This document shows, piece by piece, positions 1-9,681 of a DNA stretch of 22,276 nucleotides. The number at the start of each line of letters is the position of its first letter. The stretch's first letter is position 1. Below the pieces are notes generated by a model. The model had not been told where the DNA came from and did no database searches. It saw only the letters and a list, made by a program, of their open reading frames with translations. This DNA comes from Octopus sinensis. Lineage: Eukaryota. The translations under genes and the position numbers were made by a program. Location of the stretch: contig NW_021836756.1 in NCBI RefSeq assembly GCF_006345805.1, positions 1 to 22,276 on the forward strand, given 5' to 3'.

Positions 1-114
1 CCTGCCGTCGGTGCTTAATAATGCTGTGTCCATCTTGTTTGATATAAGATCGTCAGCGATTCCTTGGCTCATACATCATCTTGTCGTTGTCATCATAATT
101 GTCAGTGTTAGCTG

Positions 115-305
115 TGGGTGGTGGTGGGGGTGGGGGTTGTGTTGTGGTGGTGGTGGTTGTGTTGTGGTGGTGGGGGTAGTTGGTGGTGGGTGTTGGTGTT
201 GGTGGTGTGGTGATGGTAGTGGTGTTGCTGGTGGTGATGGTAGTGGTGGTGGTGGTGGTGGTAGTGGTGGTGGTGGTGGTGGTAGTGGTGGTGGTGGTGG
301 TGGTA
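115..305. repeat. (GGT)n / G-rich trinucleotide microsatellite
   Basis: Imperfect GGT/GTT triplet run seen directly; it explains the Gly-, His- and Val-rich ORFs at 11-368. Confidence 0.95.
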
Positions 306-414
306 GAGGTTATGTGCCTCTGGCCATTTAATCCTCACAAGTCACTTATACTACTAAGCACTTTATAGGTGTGAAACCAATGATCGCTCCCTGACTGGCC
401 ATGACAAACATCCT

Positions 415-562
415 ACTAAAAAAGCATCTAGTCCACACTGGAAAGTGGTTGGCATTTGGAAGGGCATCAAGCTGTAAAAATCATGTCAAAACTAATCTTG
501 CCTGTGCCAGTACCACGTAAAAAGCACTGAGTCCTCTCTGCCGAGTGGTTGGTGTTAGGAAG
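415..562 (+). mobile_element. Two diverged fragments of SINE-like family C
   Basis: 'aaagca...gtggttggcatttggaagggcatcaagctgtaaaa' and 'cacgtaaaaagcac...gagtggttggtgttaggaagg' match the family C core at 12060-12120 and 16665-16720. Confidence 0.7.
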
Positions 563-723
563 GATAGAGAAAAGAAAAACAGTTCACATGGCAAACATCA
601 ATGGCCAACAGGTACTCCTGGCCAACTTCGTAGGTTCAATGGTAATCCAACGAGTTTCAATGGCAAAATCCAGTAAGTTCAGGCAAGGATAGCCCTCCCC
701 CCTTTTTTTTTCTTCTTCCCAAT

Positions 724-1163
724 ACAACATCTGTCGTCCATCTCTATGTGGTAAACATAATCAATGTTTTCCTTGATGGTAGCAGTTGTAGGATGTCCAG
801 ACCTTGGGTCATCTTCAACACTCTCCCTTGCTCGCCTAAATTCAGTTGCCCACTTTTGCACTGTTGATAAAACTGGAGTGTCATTTTCTAATGTAGCAAG
901 CATGTGGGCAGGAATGGTCCCTGGGGGCTAAACCATTTTCTGCAGGTATTTGATAACACCTTGATGCCAACTTTGGTCTAGTTTCAAAGAAATCACTACC
1001 GTTTACTTTTAAAGTCTCCTTTGAACAGTCAGATGTGAGTTCACCTGGAAACAAACAATACAATTATTAATAATAAGAAGTGTTGAAATTCTTGTATGCA
1101 AGATTTCATAGCTCTAGTATCATTCCTTTATAGTCAGCCTACGAACTTTCCAGCCTACCCTTG
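724..1163 (-). mobile_element. Mariner-type DNA transposon, 5' part (putative TIR plus degenerate N-terminal HTH coding region), 3' truncated
   Basis: Minus strand 981-724 reads, across two frameshifts, WHQGVIKYLQK / GLAPRD / IPAHMLATLENDTPVLSTVQKWATEFRRARESVEDDPRSGHPTTATIKENIDYVYHIEMDDR. This matches the mariner (Himar1/Mos1-like) N-terminal HTH with the EDxxRSGRP linker. A TIR-like 'caagggtaggctggaaagttcgtaggctgac' lies at 1163-1133; its partner TIR is not in the window. Confidence 0.85.
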
Positions 1164-1164
1164 T

Positions 1165-1770
1165 GTCTCTCAGAACTTGCTCAGTAATTTCACTCAATTT
1201 CTTTTCATTTGCTGATGACATTTTAGCTGCTCGTCGTAACTTTAATGAATTATCAATTTGTGAGTATAAAACATGGTCAAAATTTAGTTCAAAGAAGAAA
1301 TTAAATGTTTCCATTTGAGTCTGGCTTCCAATTATATGACTCTAGACGTCAGCTTCCAAATGTGACCGTACATATTCTTGCTAACACTTGAGTAGGACTG
1401 AATCAATAAATTGCTGAAAGTAAGAAGTGTTTTCTATCCATGTAGTTGTACTTAAAATCTAGATATCACCAAATGTTAGTTCATATTCAGAATCTGCCAT
1501 GTTTTATTACAGTTCACCAAATAAATTCTTGTTTGGTGAAAATTTGATTAGAGCAACAATCTACACATGGTTACTCGTTATTGCACCATACATTGCAATA
1601 AAGGGTTCTTCATTCTTAGACTTAAGGAATCTATTCGGTTCATGTTCTTCCAAATGCTGTACCCATTCTACATTTTTTCCCCAAGTATATTGCTTGTTCC
1701 CTCAAAGCATACTCCTCTATAGTTACATAATGTCACTCAGACATGCAATACAATCTTACATCAGATACAT
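1165..1770 (-). pseudogene. Degenerate hAT (ZMYM1-like) transposase fragment
   Basis: Minus-strand translation, with several stops and one frameshift, gives NYRGVCFEGTSNILG (hAT RGQCYDGASNM motif), IVALIKFSP, LSTTTW (LCxTRW position) and IIGSQTQMETFNFFFELN...YSQIDN...KMSS...EQVLRDTR. The motifs are in the order expected for ZMYM1-like hAT transposases. Confidence 0.75.
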
Positions 1771-2096
1771 GCATGTGCAGGCAAGGATTAATTCTCAAGC
1801 ATATTGCAGATTTATTGCCTTTTGTTGGCCAGATAAGATATCTTACTTATACACACATGTGTAAATATACGCGCATTTATACATCAGCACTCACACACTC
1901 TGTCAAAAAAAAAATATTTACGAAGACTCGTGATTCTATGAAGAAGTACAGACATGCCCAAATGTGTGTGCCTACATGCACTGATTTAAACAGAACCAAA
2001 GACAGCCAAACCGTATTGCCAATAAGCATTTGCCAATGTAGCATAGATATAATAAAATAACCTGTTCTTCGTTGGATGCATTCTCTTTCTCTTTTT

Positions 2097-2306
2097 TTCT
2101 CTTTTTACTTGTTTCAGTCATTTGACTGCGGCCATGCTGGAGCACCGCCTTTAGTCGAACAAATCGACTCCAGGACTTATTCTTTGTAAGCCCAGTACTT
2201 ATTCTATCGGTCTCTTTTGCCGAACCGCTAAGTGACGGCGACGTAAACACACCAGCATCGGTTGTCAAGCAATGCTAGGGGGACAAACACAGACACACAA
2301 ACACAC

Positions 2307-2337
<31 letters not shown>

Positions 2338-2533
2338 TATATTATATATATATATATATATACATGTATACGATGGGCTTCTTTCAGTTTCCGTCTACCA
2401 AATCCACTCACAAGGCTTTGGTCGCCCGAGGCTATAGTAGAAAACTCTTGCCCAAGGTGCCACGCAGTGGGACTGAACCCGGAACCGTGTGGTTGGTAAG
2501 CAAGCTACTTACCACACAGCCACTCCTACGCCT
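2097..2533 (-). mobile_element. tRNA-derived SINE family A, full length
   Basis: Reverse complement of the copy at 4574-5001: head with A-box-like TGGCTGTGTGG and B-box-like GGTTCAGTCCC, internal (TA)n/(TG)n tract and AAGTAAAAAGAG tail. Confidence 0.9.
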
Positions 2534-2595
2534 TTGGTATAATTGGTATAATTCAGCCATTGTAGCATTGGATTCATTTTGTATATTGTATCTCA

Positions 2596-3395
2596 GGTAT
2601 TTGTTTGTATCAGCGTCTGTCGTTACGTTGTGAGTTCAAATTCTGCCGAGGTCGACTTTGCCTCTCATCCTTTCGGGGTCAATAAATTAAGCACCAGTTA
2701 CACACTGGGGTCGATGTAATTGACTTAATACCTATGTCTGTCCTTGTTTGTCCCCGCTATGTTTAGCCCCTTGTGGGTAATAAAGAAATAGGTATTTGTT
2801 TATATCAGCGTCTGTCGTTACGTTGTGAGTTCAAATTCCGCCGAGGTCGACTTTGCCTTTCATCCTTTCGGGGTCGATAAATTAAGCACCAGTTACACAC
2901 TGGGGGCAATGTAATTGACTTAATACCTATGTCTTTCCTTGTTTCTCCTCTCTATGTTTAGCCCCTTGTGGGTAATAAAGAAATAGGTATTTGTTTATAT
3001 CAGCGTCTGTCGTTACGTTGTGAGTTCAAATTCCGCCGAGGTCGACTTTGCCTTTCATCCTTTCGGGGTCGATAAATTAAGCACCAGTTACACACTGGGG
3101 GCAATGTAATTGACTTAATACCTATGTCTTTCCTTGTTTCTCCTCTCTATGTTTAGCCCCTTGTGGGTAATAAAGAAATAGGTATTTGTTTATATCAGCG
3201 TCTGTCATTACGTTGGGAGTTCAAATTTTGCCGAGGTCGACTTTGCCTCTCATCCTTTCGGGGTCGATAAATTAAGTACCAGTTACACACTGGGGTCGAT
3301 GTAATTGACTTAATACCTATGTCTGTCCTTGTTTGTCCCCGCTATGTTTAGCCCCTTGTGGGTAATAAAGAAATAGGTATTTGTTTTGTATCAGC
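2596..3395 (+). repeat. Tandem array of 5'-truncated SINE family B: four 195-bp units plus about 20 bp of a fifth
   Basis: Unit start 'ggtatttgttt' at 2596, 2791, 2986, 3181 and 3376 (period 195). Each unit carries the family B body 'gagttcaaatt...ctttgcc..tcatcctttcggggtc..taaattaag.accagtt...taaagaaata'. Confidence 0.95.
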
Positions 3396-3684
3396 TTCGG
3401 TGAGTCTGCTCACAAGATTGGAACCAATTTCCCTCTTGTTAGGTTTTGTTAATTAGATGATTCGTTGACATTTCTTTATATGGTTATTTTTTTCATCGAA
3501 TGAAATGTAAACACATTTTATTAAGTATTTACAGTTTGTTTGTCTGCATTTTCTTGCAGTCTCATGCAAGAATTCTATACTTTCAGAACCAGTATTTCCA
3601 ACTCAGTAGAAGAATGGTTATATTCAGAGGGTTGGTGTTCCTCAAAGCACTGATAAGCTTGATTCCAGTTACAAAATCCTTCTC

Positions 3685-4066
3685 TCTCTTTTACTTGTTT
3701 CAGTCATTTGACTGTGTCCATGCTGGAGCACAACCTTTAGTCGAGCAAATCGACCCCAGGACTTATTCTTTGTAAGCCTAGTACTTATTCTATCGGTCTC
3801 TTTTGCCGAACCGCTAAGTTATGGAGACGTAAACACATCACCATCAGTTGTCAAGCGATGTGGGAGGGACAAACACAGACACACAAACTCACACACACAT
3901 ATATATATATGACGGGCTTCTTTCAGTTTCCGTCTACCAAATCCACTCACAAGGCTTTGGTCGGGCCGAGGCTATAGTAGAAGACACTTGTCCAAGGTGC
4001 CACGCAGTGGGACTGAACCCGGAACCACGTGGTTGGTTAGCAAGCTACTTACCACACAGCCACTCC
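3685..4066 (-). mobile_element. SINE family A, near full length
   Basis: Colinear reverse-complement match to 4574-5001, with a shorter internal microsatellite. Confidence 0.9.
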
Positions 4067-4573
4067 TTCTGTTTCAAAATGTCTTTTCTTTACCTCTAGC
4101 AATATGCGGTTTCAATTACACTTTGCACAGACAAAAAAAAAAAAAGAAAAGAAAAAAAGAAAGAAAGAAAGAAAGAAGAAAGAAAAAGAGCTAGTCGTAG
4201 TTCTCGCTGGTCACATTGACTGAAATCAAAAGAATTGAACCAAATTGATTGAAAAGAACATTTCTGGTTTCCAAATATCTTCTCGGCAAAATTAAAATTT
4301 ATTTGTTGATTTGGTTGAGTAATACACAAGAGCAAAAACTGGGGGTGGTTTTGTTAGCTGGTTTCTATTGATGTTGATTGAGACAAAGAAACGGAATCTC
4401 TTGCAACAGAAACAACAATACGATAAATCTCTGGTTGTACAAGAAATTGTGTAGTTTGGTTTGGTTTGGTTTGGTTTGTTTCAGCAGCCAATGAACAAGA
4501 GCCATTAACTTCGATCGGTTTTTTTTGGTTGAAGAAAAATAACACAAACAAACAGCAAACAAACCAGAAAATA

Positions 4574-5001
4574 GGCGCAGGAGTGGCTGTGTGGTAAGTA
4601 GCTTGCTAACAACCACATGGTTCCGGGTTCAGTCCCACTGCGTGACATCTTGGGCCAGTGTCTTCTTCTGCTATAGCTCCGGGCCGACCAATGCCTTGTG
4701 AGTGGATTTGGTAGACGGAAACTGAAAGAAGCCTGTCGTATATATGTATATATATATATATATGTGTGTGCGTGTGTGTGTTTGTGTGTCTGTGTTTGTC
4801 CCCCTAGTATTGCTTGACAACCGATGCTGGTGTGTTTACGTCCCCGTTACTTAGCGGTTCGGCAAAAGAGACCGATAGAATAAGTACTGGGCTTACAAAA
4901 AGAATAAGTCCCGGGGTCGATTTGCTCGACTAAAAGGCGGTGCTCCAGCATGGCCGCAGTCAAATGACTGAAACAAGTAAAAGAGTAAAAGAGTAAAAGA
5001 G
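4574..5001 (+). mobile_element. SINE family A, full length
   Basis: Starts 'ggcgcaggagtggctgtgtggtaagtagc', has A/B-box-like motifs, 'cttgggccagtgtc' after the head, internal (TA)n(TG)n and an (AAAGAGT)n-type tail. At least four long copies are in the window. tRNA-derived SINEs (OK, OR1, OR2) are known from octopus; which named family this is was not checked. Confidence 0.9.
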
Positions 5002-5248
5002 AGCCTTTGTTACTCGTTATCATTGGGCATAGCTGAAATTCTGTAATAATCTTATTAAATTAAATACAGTTTTTGAAGCAAAACAAGACATAATCCTTGC
5101 AGATATTTGACATTTTACATAATTATATTAACCTGACAAATTAAGGATTTTTAACCTGTTCAGACGTATAATATCACGTATAAACATTTAAGTATCAAAT
5201 GTTGATGAGAGTTTAGAAACAGACAGCTGGATAATAATAATAATAATA

Positions 5249-5677
5249 GTGTGTGTGTGTGTGTGTGTGTATGCGTGTGTGTCTGTGTGTGTGTGTCTGT
5301 GTGTGTGTCTGCGTCTGTGTGTGTGTGTGGGTCTCTCTCTCTCTCTCTCTCTCTCTGTCTGTGTGCGTGTGTGTCTGTGTGTGTGTCTGTGTGTCTGTGT
5401 ATGTGTGTGTGTGTGTGTGTGTCTGTGTGTTTGTGTGTGTATGTGTGTGTATGTGTGTCAGTGTGTGTGTGTGTGTGTGTGTGTGTGTATCTGCGTGTGT
5501 GTGTGTGTCTGCGTCTGTGTGTGTGTGGGTGTCTCTCTCTCTCTCTCTCTGTGTCTGTGTGTGTGTGTGTGTCTGTGTGTGTGTGTGGCTGTGTGTGTGT
5601 GTGTCTGTGTGTGTGTGGCTGTGTGTCTGTGTGTTTGTGTGTGTGTGTGGTGTGCGCGCGTGTGTGTGTGTGTGTGT
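5249..5677. repeat. Compound (TG)n/(TC)n microsatellite
   Basis: Direct inspection; explains the VC- and HT-repeat ORFs. Confidence 0.95.
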
Positions 5678-5808
5678 AGCAAAAGCACACACATATGGGT
5701 CATATTCTGTTTTTACTTGATTCTTGAGCAGAGCTCTATATTTACTGAATGTAGTTGACATGTTGGACAGAGAGCCATCTGCAATTAAGATTTGATGGAA
5801 ATAAAAAT

Positions 5809-5849
<41 letters not shown>

Positions 5850-6134
5850 CACACACGCACACACATGCACACACACACAAAATATACAATCACATACACA
5901 TAGATATACACAACACACACACACACACACTCATTCACACATCTATACTAACATACACATTAACACACACTCAAACGCACACACAAACACACACACACAC
6001 ACACACACACACATGCACACACACACACAAAATATACAATCACATATACATAGATATACACAAATACACACACACACTCATTCACACATCTATACTAACA
6101 TACACATTAACACACACTCAAACACACACACAAC

Positions 6135-6165
<31 letters not shown>
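5809..6165. repeat. (CA)n-rich tract containing a ~148-bp internal tandem duplication
   Basis: 'atgcacacacacacaaaatatacaatcacata' occurs at 5865 and 6013. Confidence 0.9.
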
Positions 6166-6166
<1 letters not shown>

Positions 6167-6442
6167 AACGGTCCTCTGTAATCTAAATTTGTGGGAAATA
6201 CACACACACGTACTCACACAGATGCTCGCTCACTCACTTACTCACACATACACACATATAGGTGTTTCTCACAAACACACATACACCGATATAAGTGCTG
6301 ACAGACACACACAAGCGCGTATAATGCCAGGCGCAATACACATAGAAAAATAATAAATCATTAAGGTAACAAAACAGAATAGTGTGACAAGAAAAGAGAT
6401 AGAGCTTAGTAGCAAAAGACAATAATATATATATATGTGAAT

Positions 6443-6676
6443 AAGGCGGTGAGCTGGCAGAATTGTTAGCACGCCGGGCGAAATGCGTAGCCGTATTTTG
6501 TCTGCGTTACGTTCTGAGTTCAAATTCCGTCGAGGTCGACTTTGCCTTTCATCCTTTCGGGGTCGATTAAAAAAGTACCAGTTACGCACTGGGGTCGATA
6601 TAATCGACTTAATCCATTTGTCTGTCCTTGTTTGTTCCCTCTATGTTTAGCCCCTTGTGGGCAGTAAAGAAATAAG
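6443..6676 (+). mobile_element. tRNA-derived SINE family B (CORE-like central domain), full length
   Basis: Head 'aaggcggtgagctggcagaattgttagc' (A-box-like), B-box-like 'gagttcaaatt', central 'gcctttcatcctttcggggtcga', end 'gtaaagaaataag'. Confidence 0.85.
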
Positions 6677-7265
6677 GATTGTTAGCACGCCGAGCGAAAT
6701 GCGTAGCCGTATTTTGTCTGCCATTACGTACTGAGTTCAAATTCCGCCGAGGTCGACTTTGCCTTTCATCCTTTCGGGGTTGATAAATTAAGTACCAGTT
6801 GCGTACTGGGGTCGATCTTATCAACTGACCCCCTCCCCTAGAGCAGAAAAGAAACGAATTGATGGAAAAATGCTTTGTGGCATTTCATCTGTCTTTATGC
6901 TCTGAGTTCAAAATTCTGGGGTCGATAAATTTCGGGGTCGATAAATTAAGTACCAGTTGCATACTGGGGTCGAAGTAATCAACTGACCACTTCCCCCAAA
7001 ATTTCGGGCCTTGTGCTTAGGGTAGAAAATAAAAGAATTGCTTGCATGATGGAAAAAATGCTTTGTGGCATTTCATCTGTCATTGTGCTCTGAGTTCAAA
7101 TTCCACTGAAGTTGACTTTGCCTGTCATTCTTTTGGAGGTCGATAGAATGGTGTCAATGTAATCAACTTAGGCCCTCCCTTAAAATTGCTGGCTTTGTGC
7201 CAAAATTTGAAACCGATATGTGTGTGCGTGTGTGTAAGGCAGTAAACTGGCAGAATTGTTTGCAT
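6677..7265 (+). mobile_element. Cluster of head-to-tail SINE family B-related fragments
   Basis: Repeated 'ctgagttcaaatt' and 'taaattaagtaccagttgc.tactggggtcga' blocks at about 6730, 6900 and 7090; isolated B head at about 7236. Confidence 0.8.
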
Positions 7266-7294
7266 GCTTATATTTTTCCAAGAAATATTACATA

Positions 7295-7397
7295 GGGACA
7301 GGAGTGGCTGTGTGGTAAGTAGCTTGCTTACCAACCACATGATTCCGGGTTCAGTCCCACTGTGTGGCACCTTGGACAAGTGTCATCTACTATAGCC
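7295..7397 (+). mobile_element. SINE family A head only (3' truncated at 'tatagcc')
   Basis: Matches the first ~100 bp of 4574-5001, then switches to family B sequence. Confidence 0.85.
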
Positions 7398-7915
7398 TGT
7401 CCTTGTTTGTCCCCTCTATGTTTAGCCCCTTGTGGGCAATAAAGAAATAAGAATTGTTAGCACGCCAGGCGAAATGCTTAGCTGTATTGCGTCTGTCCTT
7501 ACATTCTGAGTTCAAATTCTGCCACGGTCAACTTCGCCTTTTATCCTTTCAGAGCTGATAAATTAAGTACCAGTTGCATACTGGGGTCGAACTAATCAAC
7601 TGACCCCCGCCCCCAAAATTTCAGGCCTTGTGCCTAGGGTAGAAAAGAAAAGAATCATTAGCATACTGGAAAAAAACACTTTGTGGCATTTCATCCGTCA
7701 TTATGCTCTGAGTTCAAATTCCACTGAAGTTTACTTTGCCTGTCATCGTTTCGGAGGTCAATAGAATGAAGTACCAGTTGAACACTGGTGTCGATGTAAT
7801 CAACTTATACCCCTTCCCCCCCACTTAAAATTGCTGGCTTTGTACCAAAATTTGGAACCGATATGTGTGTGTGTGTGTGTGTGTGTAAGGCAGTAAGCTG
7901 GCAGAATTGTTTGCA
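7398..7915 (+). mobile_element. Second cluster of family B-related fragments (duplicate of part of 6623-7265)
   Basis: Same order of blocks as the first cluster, including the linker 'tttgcatgcttatatttt.ccaagaaatattacatagg'. Confidence 0.8.
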
Positions 7916-7945
7916 TGCTTATATTTTACCAAGAAATATTACATA

Positions 7946-8046
7946 GGCGCAGGAGTGGCTGTGTGGTAAGTAGCTTGCTTACCAACCACATGGTCCTGGG
8001 TTCAGTCCCGCTGCGTGGCACCTTGGGCAAGTGCCTTCTTCTTTAG
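7946..8046 (+). mobile_element. SINE family A head only
   Basis: 'ggcgcaggagtggctgtgtgg...ccttgggcaagtgccttcttctttagc', then joins family C. Confidence 0.85.
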
Positions 8047-8219
8047 CACCCACTACACTCTTGGAGTGGTCGGCATTAGGAAAGGCATCCAGCTGTAGAA
8101 ACTCTGCCAGATCAGATTGGAGCCTGGTGCAGCCATCTGGTTTGTCAGTCCTCAGTCAAATCGTCCAACCCATGCCAGCATGGAAAGCAGATGTTAAACG
8201 ATGATGATGATGAGGATGA
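8045..8219 (+). mobile_element. SINE-like family C, 3' part with (GAT)n tail
   Basis: 'gcacccactacactc..gagtggtcggcattaggaaaggcatccagctgtagaaac...ccaacccatgccagcatggaaagcagatgttaaacgatgatg'. Confidence 0.85.
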
Positions 8220-8242
8220 TATATATATATATATATCACATA

Positions 8243-8253
8243 CAGATAGATAG

Positions 8254-8300
<47 letters not shown>

Positions 8301-8400
8301 GGATAGATAGGTAGATAGATAGAAAGATACACACACATACACATACACACACACATACACATACACACACACACACACTCATGTATAGTGAGAGAGAGAG
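8243..8400. repeat. (GATA)n followed by (CA)n and (GA)n microsatellites
   Basis: Direct inspection. Confidence 0.95.
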
Positions 8401-9169
8401 AATGGAAATTGAATTATTGTGATTTCTGATCATCTTCGTCATCTCTTTCCTATTGTTCTCATCAGGTTATTAAATAACCAGTTTGAGACATACAAAAAAA
8501 ATATAAACAGTTCGTAAAAGAATATGAAACTATAAACACAAAAAAGAAATTTAAAAAAAGATAAACAAATAACCTGAATATTTTTTGACAAAGTCTATAG
8601 CTTCCATGCTTTAAAATCATATTAGAAAATAGATTTTATATATAAAAAAAATCAACAAAACAAAATATTAATGTTTTTTTTTTTTCTTTGCGTTTTTGCA
8701 AAATTCTTGGTGATACTCAAGAGAAATCTGAAACAACGGTCTTTTATTGAAAGAAGCTACATTACATTTTATCTACAAGTGCCGTTTTACTTGCAGAAAA
8801 CTCCTAATGATTTTTTTTTTTCCCATTTTTTTCCGTGTTATTTTTGCTTTAATTTACTGTTGCCCTTCATAGGAAAAGACAATTTAATAACACTTTTCAA
8901 AAGACAGACCAGGAAAAGATTTACCATATCACCGAAATATTCATGCTCTCGTAGACACCGAAATTTCTAATTCCAAATAGCTGGCCCTTTCAAATGAAAA
9001 ATATTGGTTAACTGATGGAATGTAAAGCAACTGAGCTGGTGTGTAAATTAGCGATACAGGAATACTTGTGATCTCTCTTTCTTCTAATACAAGTCACATG
9101 TTGCATATTACAAGTAAAATTTTATTCCTTTATTCCTTTATTCCTTTATTATTCTATTCTTTGATTCCT

Positions 9170-9542
9170 TTATTACCTCAACCTTAGCAAAGGTTGAGAT
9201 ATTGTTTTCAGTCGTACTTGCTTGTTTGTTTGTCCATGGACAAGATATCTCAAGAACTGTTGGATGGATTTGGATGAAATTTCCAGAGATGTTTGGTCTC
9301 GGGGCTGGCACAAACTGATTAGATTTTGGGATCAATCAGGTACCAGACAAGGATTCTGGATTATCTTTCCGGGTTTTTTAATTAACTTTTGAGAGCGGTT
9401 GGGTTCATTTTTAGTATTCTCATTTGTAAGAGAGGTCGAGTTTATTTCAAATATTCTCATCTTAAAAATCACCTCCGGCTAATCGTTGAGAGGACATTGG
9501 TGTTGCCTTGGTGGAGGTTTGCACTCTCTGAGTACTCTTGTT
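9170..9542 (+). mobile_element. Probable non-autonomous Helentron-type element (HINE/DINE-1-like)
   Basis: Starts 'ttattacctc' with a 9-bp hairpin (CTCAACCTT-agca-AAGGTTGAG, 9177-9198), then a short GTTT/GTCC-type tract and 'caagatatctcaagaac...ggatggatttggatgaaattt'. Ends with subterminal 'ccttggtggaggt', hairpin 'gcactc-tct-gagtac' and 'cttgtt'. This is the architecture of Helentron-associated elements; recognised by pattern only. Confidence 0.6.
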
Positions 9543-9643
9543 ATTAACGGGAAGGTTTACGAAAATAAACAAAAAACGAAGGCAGGTGGAGTACAAACAA
9601 ACAAATGTATTAGTATGGCGCTCAGGAATATAAATAGAAAAAG

Positions 9644-9681
9644 TCTTTTACGTTTCGAGCCTACACTCTTCGTCAGAAAGA
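9644..9681 (-). ncRNA. Minimal type I hammerhead ribozyme motif (Penelope/retrozyme type)
   Basis: Minus-strand RNA: UCUUU-CUGACGA-A-GAG-UGUAGG-CUC-GAA-ACGU-A-AAAGA. Stem I UCUUU/AAAGA is 5/5 paired, the core is CUGANGA...GAAA, stem II is GAG/CUC with a 6-nt loop, stem III is the palindrome ACGU, and the cleavage triplet is GUA. Confidence 0.8.

Noticed and set aside
11-368. Gly-, His- and Val-rich ORFs
   Set aside because: They are translations of a (GGT)n tract on both strands, with no splice or domain support.
2596-3395. Regular repeat array as a possible CRISPR
   Set aside because: Units are 195-bp near-identical SINE bodies with no unique spacers, there are no cas genes, and the context is eukaryotic. 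The same applies to the 65-bp units at 11730-12060.
3376-3406. 'tttgttttgtatcag|CTTCG|gtgagt' as a 5-nt micro-exon at the array edge
   Set aside because: GTGAGT hexamers are expected several times by chance in 22 kb, and nothing else supports it.
3500-3775. 91-aa ORF with a good acceptor at 3559
   Set aside because: It runs into an antisense SINE A tail, the candidate donors are weak and there is no recognisable product.
5160-6186. Many overlapping 130-240 aa ORFs (HT and VC repeats)
   Set aside because: Dinucleotide repeats lack stop codons in most frames, so these are artefacts.
8420-8466. Second hammerhead candidate (minus-strand CUGAUGAG)
   Set aside because: No stem II and no correctly placed GAAA (reads GACGAAG). 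CTGATGA at about 1212 and 19208 likewise lack the rest of the fold.
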